Below are positions 8,762-16,502 of a DNA stretch of 39,838 bases, one piece after another. The stretch comes from an uncultured Planctomycetota bacterium (GTDB lineage: Bacteria > Planctomycetota > JAJSAM01 > JAKLKS01): positions 1 to 39,838 of the forward strand of contig CAZKTF010000006.1 of assembly GCA_964555565.1 (NCBI GenBank). The letters are read 5' to 3'. Numbering within the stretch: the first letter of the stretch is position 1; the number at the start of each line of letters is the position of its first letter. Made by a program: the position numbers and the translations under genes. The notes under the pieces were generated by a model, which worked only from the letters and a program-made list of their open reading frames with translations, was not told where the DNA came from and made no database searches.

Positions 8762-9649
8762 CTACTTCGGAAGCACCAGGGCGTCGAGGAGGGCGCGCAG
8801 GTCCCGGTGGAACAGGAGGAGGACCGCCCCGCCGAGGGCGAGGAAGGGGCCGAAGGGGATCTCGCGGTCGCGCGTGAACAGCAGCCTCGTGAGCCCGACC
8901 ACGGTCCCGGCGAAGCTGGCCAGCACGAGCGCCAGGAGGGCGTCCACCGGCCCGACGAAGGTCCCGATCATCCCCAGGAACTTGGCGTCCCCGAGGCCCA
9001 TGGCCTCGCGGCCCATGGCCTTCTCCCCGGCCCAGGCCACGACCCGGAGCACCCCCCATCCCGCGAGGAACCCCGCCAGCGCGAGGATCGCCGCGGCCCC
9101 GGCCGCCGGGAGGGTGCCGAGGAGCCGATCGGCGAGCCAGGGGTCCCGGAGGAGGAGGGTCTCCGGGGCCATCGTCGAGGTGAGGAGCAGCCCGACCGCC
9201 GCACCCGGGAGCGTGATGGCGTCGGGCAGGAGCCGCCGGTCGAGGTCGATGACGGAGGCCGCGAGGAGCGACCCGAGGAGGAACAGCGCCGGCAGGAGCC
9301 GGAGGTAGGCCTCCGGGCGGGCGAGGAGGCCCGGCCGGTCCACCACCGCCCAGGCCGCGAGCGCGAAGAGCGCCCCGGTCGCGGCCTCGACCACCGCGTA
9401 CCGGACAGCGATCGGCCCCCTGCAGGAGCGGCAGCGGCCGCGGAGGAGGAGCCAGGAGAGGACCGGGACGTTGTCGTGCCAGCGGATGAGGGCCCCGCAG
9501 GCGGGACAGGAGGAGCGGGGGGTGACGATGGAGCGGCCGTCCGGGAGCCTGAGGATGACGACGTTCAGGAAGGACCCCACGATGAGGCCGAGGGACCCCG
9601 AGGCGGCGTAGAGGAGCGCCCGCAGCGGCGCCTCAGCGATGGGCGGCAG
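8762..9649 (-). CDS. pilD: Prepilin peptidase / N-methyltransferase (start uncertain: CTG at 9649 or GTG at 9580)
   Basis: GSFLNVVILRLP, SSCPAC, DNVPVLSWLLLRGRCRSC, IDL, GLGDAK, IPFGPFL. Confidence 0.93.
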   Translation of the reverse strand: MPPIAEAPLRALLYAASGSLGLIVGSFLNVVILRLPDGRSIVTPRSSCPACGALIRWHDNVPVLSWLLLRGRCRSCRGPIAVRYAVVEAATGALFALAAWAVVDRPGLLARPEAYLRLLPALFLLGSLLAASVIDLDRRLLPDAITLPGAAVGLLLTSTMAPETLLLRDPWLADRLLGTLPAAGAAAILALAGFLAGWGVLRVVAWAGEKAMGREAMGLGDAKFLGMIGTFVGPVDALLALVLASFAGTVVGLTRLLFTRDREIPFGPFLALGGAVLLLFHRDLRALLDALVLPK

Positions 9650-10238
9650 GGGTCTCCCCCTCGGGGGCGAGCTTGCCGCGACGCTCCCGGTAGCGGGCCC
9701 CGCACTCCGGGCAGGCTCGGCCCCCCCTCGCCGCCCGGGCGGGAAGGACCACGCCGCAGGCGCACACCCACCCGGTCCGCCGGGCGGGGACCCCGACGAC
9801 GAGCGCGTAGTCCGGGACGTCCCTCGTGACGACGGCGCCGGCCCCGACGAGGGCGTAGCGCCCGATCTCCCGGCCGCAGACCACCGTGCAGTTCGCCCCG
9901 AGCGTGGCCCCCTTCCGCACGAGCGTCGGCCGGTACTCGTGCCTGCGCGGGACGTGGCTCCGGGGGTTCAGGACGTTGGTGAAGACCATGGAGGGGCCGC
10001 AGAAGACGTCGTCCTCCAGCGTCACCCCCTCGTAGAGGGAGACGTTGTTCTGGACCTTGCAGTTGCGCCCGAGGACGACCCCCTTCGCCACGAAGACGTT
10101 CTGGCCCAGGTTCGAGCCGGGCCCCACGCGGGCCCCCCCCATCACGTGCGAGAAATGCCATACCTTCACCCCCGGGGCGAGTTCCGCTCCGGGGTCCACG
10201 ACGGCCGTCGGGTGGACGAAGGGAGCGCGGGTGTCCAG
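9633..10238 (-). CDS. Hexapeptide-repeat N-acetyltransferase (WbpD-like nucleotide-sugar acetyltransferase); probable CTG start
   Basis: FVHPTAVVD, VWHFSHVM, GQNVFV, QNNVSLYEGV, FCGPSMVFTNV-NPRS, GATLGANCTVVCG, GWVCACG. Confidence 0.9.
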   Translation of the reverse strand: MDTRAPFVHPTAVVDPGAELAPGVKVWHFSHVMGGARVGPGSNLGQNVFVAKGVVLGRNCKVQNNVSLYEGVTLEDDVFCGPSMVFTNVLNPRSHVPRRHEYRPTLVRKGATLGANCTVVCGREIGRYALVGAGAVVTRDVPDYALVVGVPARRTGWVCACGVVLPARAARGGRACPECGARYRERRGKLAPEGETPAAHR

Positions 10239-10265
10239 GGGTCGGATCTCCTCGGCGGGCGGGGG

Positions 10266-10271
10266 ATTATA
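10266..10271 (-). promoter_or_regulatory. -10 box for the acetyltransferase-pilD operon
   Basis: Perfect TATAAT in a GC-rich context, just upstream of a GAGGAG RBS. Confidence 0.5.
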
Positions 10272-10332
10272 CGCATCGGCGAGGGCCTCGCGTGCCGCGT
10301 TTCGAGGGTCCGCGCGCTGGAGGAAAAGGATG

Positions 10333-10360
10333 TTGACTGACCTCGGGCCTCTGCTAAAGT
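10333..10360 (+). promoter_or_regulatory. Putative sigma70 promoter
   Basis: TTGACT-16 bp-(TGc)TAAAGT upstream of the 10459 gene. Confidence 0.5.
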
Positions 10361-10458
10361 CTGGCCCCGTCTACCGGGCACAGACGGTTTCGGGGCACGG
10401 ACCGTTCTCGGGGGGGCGAAAGCCGGGGACGGGCTTCCGTCGGTCGGAAGGGAGACCA

Positions 10459-11247
10459 ATGATCACGAAGAGCGCGTTCGCGGCCGTCCTCGGGTCGGTC
10501 GCCGTCGCCTGCCTGTCCGCCGGCTGCGTGAGCTTCCCCGACACGGAGGTCCCCACGCCGCCGTGGTTCGACAGCGGGTCCCACCCGTCCCCGCACCACG
10601 ACGACGCGGAGGCGACGCTGTACCCGCTGCGCTCCTCGGCGGTGAAGGCCGAAGTGGACAAGGAGTTCGAGGCCCAGCACCCCGGCTTCATGGGCTGGTT
10701 CTTCTCCTACTGGAAGGACCGGCTGCTCGACCTGCAGGACGTCGTGTCGGCCGACATCGCCGTGGGCCGCGGCCTCGGCGTCAACTTCCGCCCGACCGAG
10801 TACGCCCAGGTCGGCCTCGGCTGGTACGACGGGGTGAAGGTGGGCTGGCGGCAGCGCGCGGCCGGCTGGTGGGACGAGAAGCGGGTCGAGCGCGGCGCCT
10901 CCGCCTTCTACTGGATGGAGATCGACCGCAAGGCCCGCTGGGGCACCAAGACGCTCTTCGGCCAGGACTACGAGTACACCGGCTGGGACATCTGGGAGGA
11001 CCACACCAACAAGCGCTGCGAGCACGACTGGTCGGACTTCGGCGCCGGCTTCACGCTGGCGTTCCTCGGCGCGGACGTGAACCTCTCGCCCGGCGAGTTC
11101 GTGGACTTCGTCGCGGGCATCTTCCCGGTGACGTTCATCCAGAACTGCCTCGGCTACCACAACCCCACCTTCGACCTCTCGGGGGACGACACCTGGAGCC
11201 AGCTCCGCGACCAGCTCGTGCGGGAGCGGGGGATCTCCGAGGAGTAG
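10459..11247 (+). CDS. Hypothetical lipoprotein (Trp/Asp-rich, probably beta-rich)
   Basis: GGGAG RBS; MITKSAFAAVLGSVAVACLSAG-C lipobox; strong GC3 codon bias. Confidence 0.8.
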   Translation: MITKSAFAAVLGSVAVACLSAGCVSFPDTEVPTPPWFDSGSHPSPHHDDAEATLYPLRSSAVKAEVDKEFEAQHPGFMGWFFSYWKDRLLDLQDVVSADIAVGRGLGVNFRPTEYAQVGLGWYDGVKVGWRQRAAGWWDEKRVERGASAFYWMEIDRKARWGTKTLFGQDYEYTGWDIWEDHTNKRCEHDWSDFGAGFTLAFLGADVNLSPGEFVDFVAGIFPVTFIQNCLGYHNPTFDLSGDDTWSQLRDQLVRERGISEE

Positions 11248-11257
11248 CCGGTCCTTT

Positions 11258-11565
11258 GAGTCCCTATCACAATGCCCCGTGGCCGCGTTGCCGCCCCGGC
11301 GGGCCAGATGGTAGGCGGGCGGCCGAAGGCGACCTGCGGAGCCGGTCGCCGAGGCCGAGCGGGGGAGCCGGAGGCGACCCCCCGCGTCCCAACACCGCAG
11401 ATGGCCCGCCCGGGCGGCAACCCGGAGGGCCGGGCGCGATGAGCGGCGCCTGGCGGCCGATCGCCTCCTCGGAGACTCGTTCCATGGAGTCACCGTCGTC
11501 GGCGATCGGCCGCCATGCTTGCTCCTCGTCCCGGCGCGGCTCACGCGGCATTGTGATAGGGGCTC
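11258..11565. mobile_element. MITE-like non-autonomous element, 308 bp
   Basis: 24-bp TIRs GAGTCCCTATCACAATGCCCCGTG / GAGCCCCTATCACAATGCCGCGTG (2 mismatches); TT on both flanks; internal hairpins. Confidence 0.8.
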
Positions 11566-12260
11566 TTGACCGACAGCGACCATCGAGGGGCGGCCCCGCG
11601 GCCGCCCCTCCTGATTCCCGGGGACCGCGGGCGGCCGCCGCGCTGCTGGCCGCGGCCCTCCTCCTCCCGGCCTGCGCCCTGTTCTCCTCCGGGGCCGCGG
11701 CGCGGGTCCACTTCGCGGCCGCGGTCCGGGCGGCGAGGGCGGAGGACTACCCGCTGGCGCGGGAGGAGCTGGACGCGGCGCTCCGGGAGGAGCCGGGCTT
11801 CATGGACGCGCTGCTGTTCCGGGGACAGGTGGAGGAGAGGACCGGCGACCTCGAGACGGCCGCGGGCTGGTTCACCCGCGCGCTGGAGACCGACCCGACC
11901 TACACCCCGGCCGGGAACCTCCTCGGCATCGTCCGTCTCCGGCAGGGGAAGTTCGAGGAGGCGGAGGCCGCCTTCCGGCGGTGCACGGAGGTCGCCCCCA
12001 CCCTCACCGAGGGGTGGATCAACCTGGGCCTCCTCCGGCTCCAGCTCGGGGACCCCGCGACCGCCCGGGCGGCCTTCGAGGAGGCGGTGAAGGTCGAGCC
12101 GGGGAGGCCCACCGCGCACCTCCACCTGGCCCGCGCGCGGCTGGCCGGAGGGGACCGCGACGGGGCCGAGGCCGAGGCCCGCGAGGCGCTCCGGCTCCGT
12201 CCCGGGTGGGACCGGGCGGAGGCGCTGCTGAGGGAGATCGGCGCCCCGGGGGGGCGGTAG
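11553..12260 (+). CDS. TPR-repeat lipoprotein (start uncertain)
   Basis: LLAAALLLPA-C lipobox followed by several TPR motifs (AGNLLGIVRLRQGKFEEAEAAFRRC, GWINLGLL...A...FEEAV). Confidence 0.8.
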   Translation: MIGALDRQRPSRGGPAAAPPDSRGPRAAAALLAAALLLPACALFSSGAAARVHFAAAVRAARAEDYPLAREELDAALREEPGFMDALLFRGQVEERTGDLETAAGWFTRALETDPTYTPAGNLLGIVRLRQGKFEEAEAAFRRCTEVAPTLTEGWINLGLLRLQLGDPATARAAFEEAVKVEPGRPTAHLHLARARLAGGDRDGAEAEAREALRLRPGWDRAEALLREIGAPGGR

Positions 12261-12268
12261 GCAAAGGC

Positions 12269-12297
12269 GGGGGCAGTCCCCTTCGGGGACAGCCCCC
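12269..12297. terminator. Hairpin between convergent genes (GGGGACAGTCCCC-like REP / bidirectional terminator)
   Basis: GGGGGCAGTCCCC-TTC-GGGGACAGCCCCC abutting the ssb stop. Confidence 0.55.
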
Positions 12298-12827
12298 TAG
12301 AAAGGGATGTCGTCCAGGTTCAGGTCGTCCGGGGGCGGGGGATCGCCGCCGGCCGTCTCGGCGACGCGGGCCGGGGCGTTCTCGGGGTCGTTCCGGTTCT
12401 CGGGGGCATTCCGGTTCTCGGGGGCATTCCGGGCCGGGGCCGCGGACTTCCGGTCGCCTCCCGGCGATCCCTCCCCGCCTCCGCCGCCCTCGCTGCGGGG
12501 ACCGCCGAGGAACTGGACCCGGTCGGCGACCACCCGGAGCTTCTTCTGCTTCGTCCCGTCCTTGCCTTCCCAGGAATCGAGCTGGAGGCGGCCCTCCACG
12601 AAGACGGACCGGCCCTTGCGGAGGTACTGGCTCGAGGTCTCCGCCTGGCGGCCCCAGACGGTGATGTCCACGAAGCAGACCTCCTCCCGCTTCTCCCCCG
12701 CCTTGTCGGTGAAGTCCCGGTTGATCGCGAGCCCCAGGTCCACCACCGCCGTCCCGCTCGGGATGTAGCGGAGCTCGGGGTCGCGCGTCAGGTTGCCGAT
12801 CAGCAGCACCTTGTTGAGAGACGCCAT
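12297..12827 (-). CDS. ssb: Single-stranded DNA-binding protein
   Basis: LNKVLLIGNLTRDPELRY, WGRQAE, VEGRLQ, C-terminal DDIPF; GGAGG RBS. Confidence 0.98.
   Translation of the reverse strand: MASLNKVLLIGNLTRDPELRYIPSGTAVVDLGLAINRDFTDKAGEKREEVCFVDITVWGRQAETSSQYLRKGRSVFVEGRLQLDSWEGKDGTKQKKLRVVADRVQFLGGPRSEGGGGGEGSPGGDRKSAAPARNAPENRNAPENRNDPENAPARVAETAGGDPPPPDDLNLDDIPF
12379..12432. repeat. 3 x 18-bp tandem repeat in the ssb linker
   Basis: TTCTCGGGGGCATTCCGG x2 plus one degenerate copy; encodes APENRN-APENRN-DPEN. Confidence 0.85.
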
Positions 12828-12942
12828 CGAGACCTCCTCCCGGCCGTGGCCGGGCAGTTCCGACGCTCGACCTCCGTGATGCCTACGTGATCCTGACGCC
12901 CTACCGGTTACGCACGTCGATGTCCCGCCGCTGCGCCCATCA

Positions 12943-13105
12943 GGCGCCGTGTCGAAGTAACTGCTGGATTCGGCCGGCTGCGGCGGCCCATGGCTGCGTT
13001 GCGCCTCCTCGCCGACCCTCGATTCGGGTCGGCTTCGTCGGCGACGCCTTGCCCTGGGTCGCCTCGCTCGGCCTCGGTCCGACGCATTTACTTCGACACG
13101 ACACC
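12943..13105. mobile_element. MITE-like non-autonomous element, 163 bp
   Basis: 18-bp TIRs GGCGCCGTGTCGAAGTAA / GGTGTCGTGTCGAAGTAA (2 mismatches); flanks TCA / TTA; internal hairpin. Confidence 0.75.
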
Positions 13106-13148
13106 TTACCCTACACCCGCCCCCGGACGCCCTGTGGAGAGCCGGCCG

Positions 13149-14522
13149 TCAGCGGCGGGCGCGGAGGCGCGCAAGGGCCTCTTCCACGCCCGGACGCCGC
13201 TCGCGGTCCTCCTCGCGGCCGAGCAGCGCCGCTGCGTTCCTCTTCACCTCCTCGACCCCGGGCTGCCCGAAGGGGTTCACCCCGGTCAGGAAGCCGGCCA
13301 GCGCGGTCGCGGTCGCGAGGAGCTGGAGGAGAGCGCCGAGGGTCTCCGCCCGGAGCGTCGGGAGGCGGATCGCCACGGCGGGCCGCCCGCGGGACGCCAG
13401 CGCCACCCGGGTGGCCGCGGCCAGGGCCCGGTGCGCGTCGCCGAGCGTGCGTCCGGCGAGCCACGGCGCCCCGGGGGGGCCGGGGACCTCGATAACAGCG
13501 TCGGTGCCGGGGTCGTCCACCTCGACGAGGACGAGCGCCTTGTCCGGGGGGCCGTCCATCCAGAGCTGGAGGAGGGAGTGCTGGTCCGCGCTCCCCACCG
13601 CGGCCGTGGCGCCGAACCCCTTCCCGTCCTTCCCGAGGCTCTCCGCCCACAGTTGCCGCCACCAGAGGGCGGTCTCGAAGAGGGAATGGCGGTAGGGGAG
13701 GAGGACGTGCCCGCTCCGGCCACGGCGCTCGGCCAGGAGGACGAGGACCAGGGCGAGCCGCAGAGCCTCGTTGCGGGCGGGGTCGGCGCTCGAGAGCGAG
13801 GCGGCGGCCGTCGCGGCGCCGGCGAGGAGCCCCCGCGCATCCACCCCCGCCGCCGCCGCCGGGAAGAGCCCCGCGGGGGACAGGACGGAGAACCGCCCCC
13901 CCACCTCGGGCGGGATCGCGAGGGCCGCGATCCGCTCCCGCTCCGCCTCCTCCCGGAGCGGGCCCTCCGAGGGGTCGGTGGTGATCACCACCCGCTCGGC
14001 CCAGTGCTGCCCCAGGGCGCGGCGGAGCCTCGGGCGCACCACCCCGTAGGCCGCCAGCGTCTCCACCGTCGTCCCGGACTTGGAGACGAAGTTCCAGGTC
14101 GTGGTGGCGGGGTCGAGCGCCTCGACGACGGGGAGGAGCGCCGCCGGGTCCACCGTGTCCAGCACGAGGACCCGCGGCCTCCCGTCCCGCGCCGCGGCGG
14201 GGAGCGAGTCCTGGAGGGGATGGGCGAGGGCGCGCACGAGCGCCCGGGCCCCGAGCGCCGAGCCCCCCATCCCGCACACCACCAGGGTCTCGCAGCGGCC
14301 CCGCAGGCGCTCCGCCTGCTCCAGCGACGCCTCCAGGAGGTCCGAGCGGTGGGGGAGGTCGAGGAACCCCGCCTTCCCTGCCTCCCGCGCCTCGAGGAGG
14401 TCGCGCTGCGCCCGTTCTGCGCGCGGCCCGGCGGACTCCAGGTCCTCCGGCGAGAGCCCGTTCCCGCGGCCGACGGTGTCGGCGAGCGCGCCCGCGATCT
14501 CCAGCGCGAGCAGGTCGGTCAT
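13149..14522 (-). CDS. pgi: Glucose-6-phosphate isomerase
   Basis: GMGGSALG, SKSGTTVET, VGGRFSVLS, QLWAESLGK, DQHSLLQL, NPFGQPGVEEVK. Confidence 0.95.
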   Translation of the reverse strand: MTDLLALEIAGALADTVGRGNGLSPEDLESAGPRAERAQRDLLEAREAGKAGFLDLPHRSDLLEASLEQAERLRGRCETLVVCGMGGSALGARALVRALAHPLQDSLPAAARDGRPRVLVLDTVDPAALLPVVEALDPATTTWNFVSKSGTTVETLAAYGVVRPRLRRALGQHWAERVVITTDPSEGPLREEAERERIAALAIPPEVGGRFSVLSPAGLFPAAAAGVDARGLLAGAATAAASLSSADPARNEALRLALVLVLLAERRGRSGHVLLPYRHSLFETALWWRQLWAESLGKDGKGFGATAAVGSADQHSLLQLWMDGPPDKALVLVEVDDPGTDAVIEVPGPPGAPWLAGRTLGDAHRALAAATRVALASRGRPAVAIRLPTLRAETLGALLQLLATATALAGFLTGVNPFGQPGVEEVKRNAAALLGREEDRERRPGVEEALARLRARR

Positions 14523-14586
14523 GGGGGGAGCGTACCCGGTCCGAGGGCGGGGCGCGAATCGGCCGCGCGGATTAGGATCCAGGCCC

Positions 14587-16494
14587 ATGCGGTTCTCCAC
14601 CCTCGTCGCGACGGCGCTCCTCCCCGCCTTCGCGGGGGCCTGCGCGGCGCCGGCGCCGGTGCCGCCGCCGGCGGACCCCCTCCTCGCGGCCGCGGCCGAC
14701 CCGGACGAGCCGGGGCACGACGAGGCCCTCGTGCGCTGGGAGGAGACCCCGTGGGAGGAGCAATGCGACCGGCTCCGCGCGGGGCTCCGCTCCCCGGACC
14801 CGAGGGTCTCCCTCTTCGCGGCACGGACGCTGGAGCCCCGGTACCTCTCCCTCGGCGAGATCCGCGCGCAGATGGGGATCCTGATCGCGCGGGCCCGCGA
14901 GGTCTTCCGCTGGGCGGGAGCGGAGGACGGCGAGGACTGCCCGGACGGGCTCCTCTCCGTCGGGTCCTGCGACGTCCTCGCGCTGTACCGCGCGGCGGTG
15001 GAGCATCCCCCCCGACCCGACCCCTCGGCGGAGGCGGACTGGTCGGGGCTGCGCGACGCCCCCCCGGACTGCCTCCACCGCGTGACGCTCCAGGAGCACA
15101 TCCCGGCGCTCGCGGCGCTCCTCGAGCGGGCGAGGGGAGACGCCTACGAGCGGATCCTCTGGAACCTCAAGCTCCTCGCGGACAACACCGACCGCGATCG
15201 CGAGGCGGTGGAGGACGCGCTCCTCGACTCCCTCGCGCGTGAGATCGCCCGGGCGGAGGGCAGGTCCCTCCCCTGGATGCGGGGTCCCCGGCGCCCCCGC
15301 GCGACCTCGGCCGGTCCCGCGCAGGGCCTCCTCGACCTCTGCACGGCCCCCTGGCCCCGGGAGGAGGACCCGGTACGCGGCTATCGCCACCTCCCCTGGG
15401 CCTGGGTCGAGCGCGGGCTGCGGAACCTTGGCCCGGAGATCGAGAAGGACCCCGTGTTCGCCGCGGTGCGACGGTCCTTCGAGCAGCAGGGAATGGTGCT
15501 CGTCCCGCGGGAAGTGGCATGGGTGGCCGTTCCCGCCGAGTCGGCCCGCTTCCTGGCTTCCAGGCTCGCGGACGCCCCCCCTCCGGCGGACGACGAGGAG
15601 TGGCGGAGGGTCGAGTCCCTTCTCCCCCGCCTCGAGGTGGCGGCGCCCGACGCCGTGGACGCGCTCCTCCGCCGGTGGAGCGAGCCCGCCGACGGCCCCC
15701 GGCGGACCGCGATCCTCGGCCTCCGCATGCGCCGCGGGCACGACGACTGCGTCCCGGGGCTGCTCACCGCCTGGCCCGGGATGGGGGCCCCCGTCGCGCT
15801 CGGGAGGGTGCGGGACCCGCGCGTCCGGGAGTTCCTCGAGGCGAGGGTCGCCGGAGCGGGGAGGGACGCCGGGGAGGCGACCGGGGCGCTCGCCGCCTGG
15901 CACGGCCTCCCGGAGGCGCTCGCGACCCTGCTCGGACCCGCCGGATCCGGGGCCGGCGACGGCGCCGTCCGCATCCGCCGGCTCGTGCTGGAGGGGAAGC
16001 CCGAGGAGGCCGTCCTCGCGATCGCCGAGGAAGGGGAGGAGCTCGGTCGCGCGATTGGGCGGCTCGGGCTCCTCGGGCAGAAGGCCCGGCCGCTCCTCGA
16101 CCGGTATCGCAGGGAGAGGCACCGCGGGCTCTACTGGCCGGCCACGGCGGGGCTCGCCATCGCCGGGGACGCGGCGGCGCGCGCCGAGTTCCTGGCGTTC
16201 CTGCGCGAGGACCGCATCGGGGTCCACGACGCGCAGTGCGACGCGGTCGGCTTCACCCTCAACGGGGACCCCGAGGCCCTCGCCCACTGGCGATCCCGCG
16301 TCGGCTCGAACTGCTGCCTCTGGTTCCACGCCGAGAGCGTCCTGCGGCCCTGGTTCCCGACCATGCCCCCGGGGGAGAACCGGGTGGGCGACCCGGAGGG
16401 GATGGAGTTCCTGACCCGGCTCTGGTGGGAGCTGCAGGAGGGGCGGTTCCGCTGGAGCCGTCTCGCCGACGGGTGGGTGCCGGTCGCGGAGTGA
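14587..16494 (+). CDS. Hypothetical alpha-helical (HEAT-like) lipoprotein
   Basis: MRFSTLVATALLPAFAGA-C lipobox; consistent coding frame; divergent from pgi. Confidence 0.7.
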   Translation: MRFSTLVATALLPAFAGACAAPAPVPPPADPLLAAAADPDEPGHDEALVRWEETPWEEQCDRLRAGLRSPDPRVSLFAARTLEPRYLSLGEIRAQMGILIARAREVFRWAGAEDGEDCPDGLLSVGSCDVLALYRAAVEHPPRPDPSAEADWSGLRDAPPDCLHRVTLQEHIPALAALLERARGDAYERILWNLKLLADNTDRDREAVEDALLDSLAREIARAEGRSLPWMRGPRRPRATSAGPAQGLLDLCTAPWPREEDPVRGYRHLPWAWVERGLRNLGPEIEKDPVFAAVRRSFEQQGMVLVPREVAWVAVPAESARFLASRLADAPPPADDEEWRRVESLLPRLEVAAPDAVDALLRRWSEPADGPRRTAILGLRMRRGHDDCVPGLLTAWPGMGAPVALGRVRDPRVREFLEARVAGAGRDAGEATGALAAWHGLPEALATLLGPAGSGAGDGAVRIRRLVLEGKPEEAVLAIAEEGEELGRAIGRLGLLGQKARPLLDRYRRERHRGLYWPATAGLAIAGDAAARAEFLAFLREDRIGVHDAQCDAVGFTLNGDPEALAHWRSRVGSNCCLWFHAESVLRPWFPTMPPGENRVGDPEGMEFLTRLWWELQEGRFRWSRLADGWVPVAE

Positions 16495-16502
16495 AGATCA
16501 CT

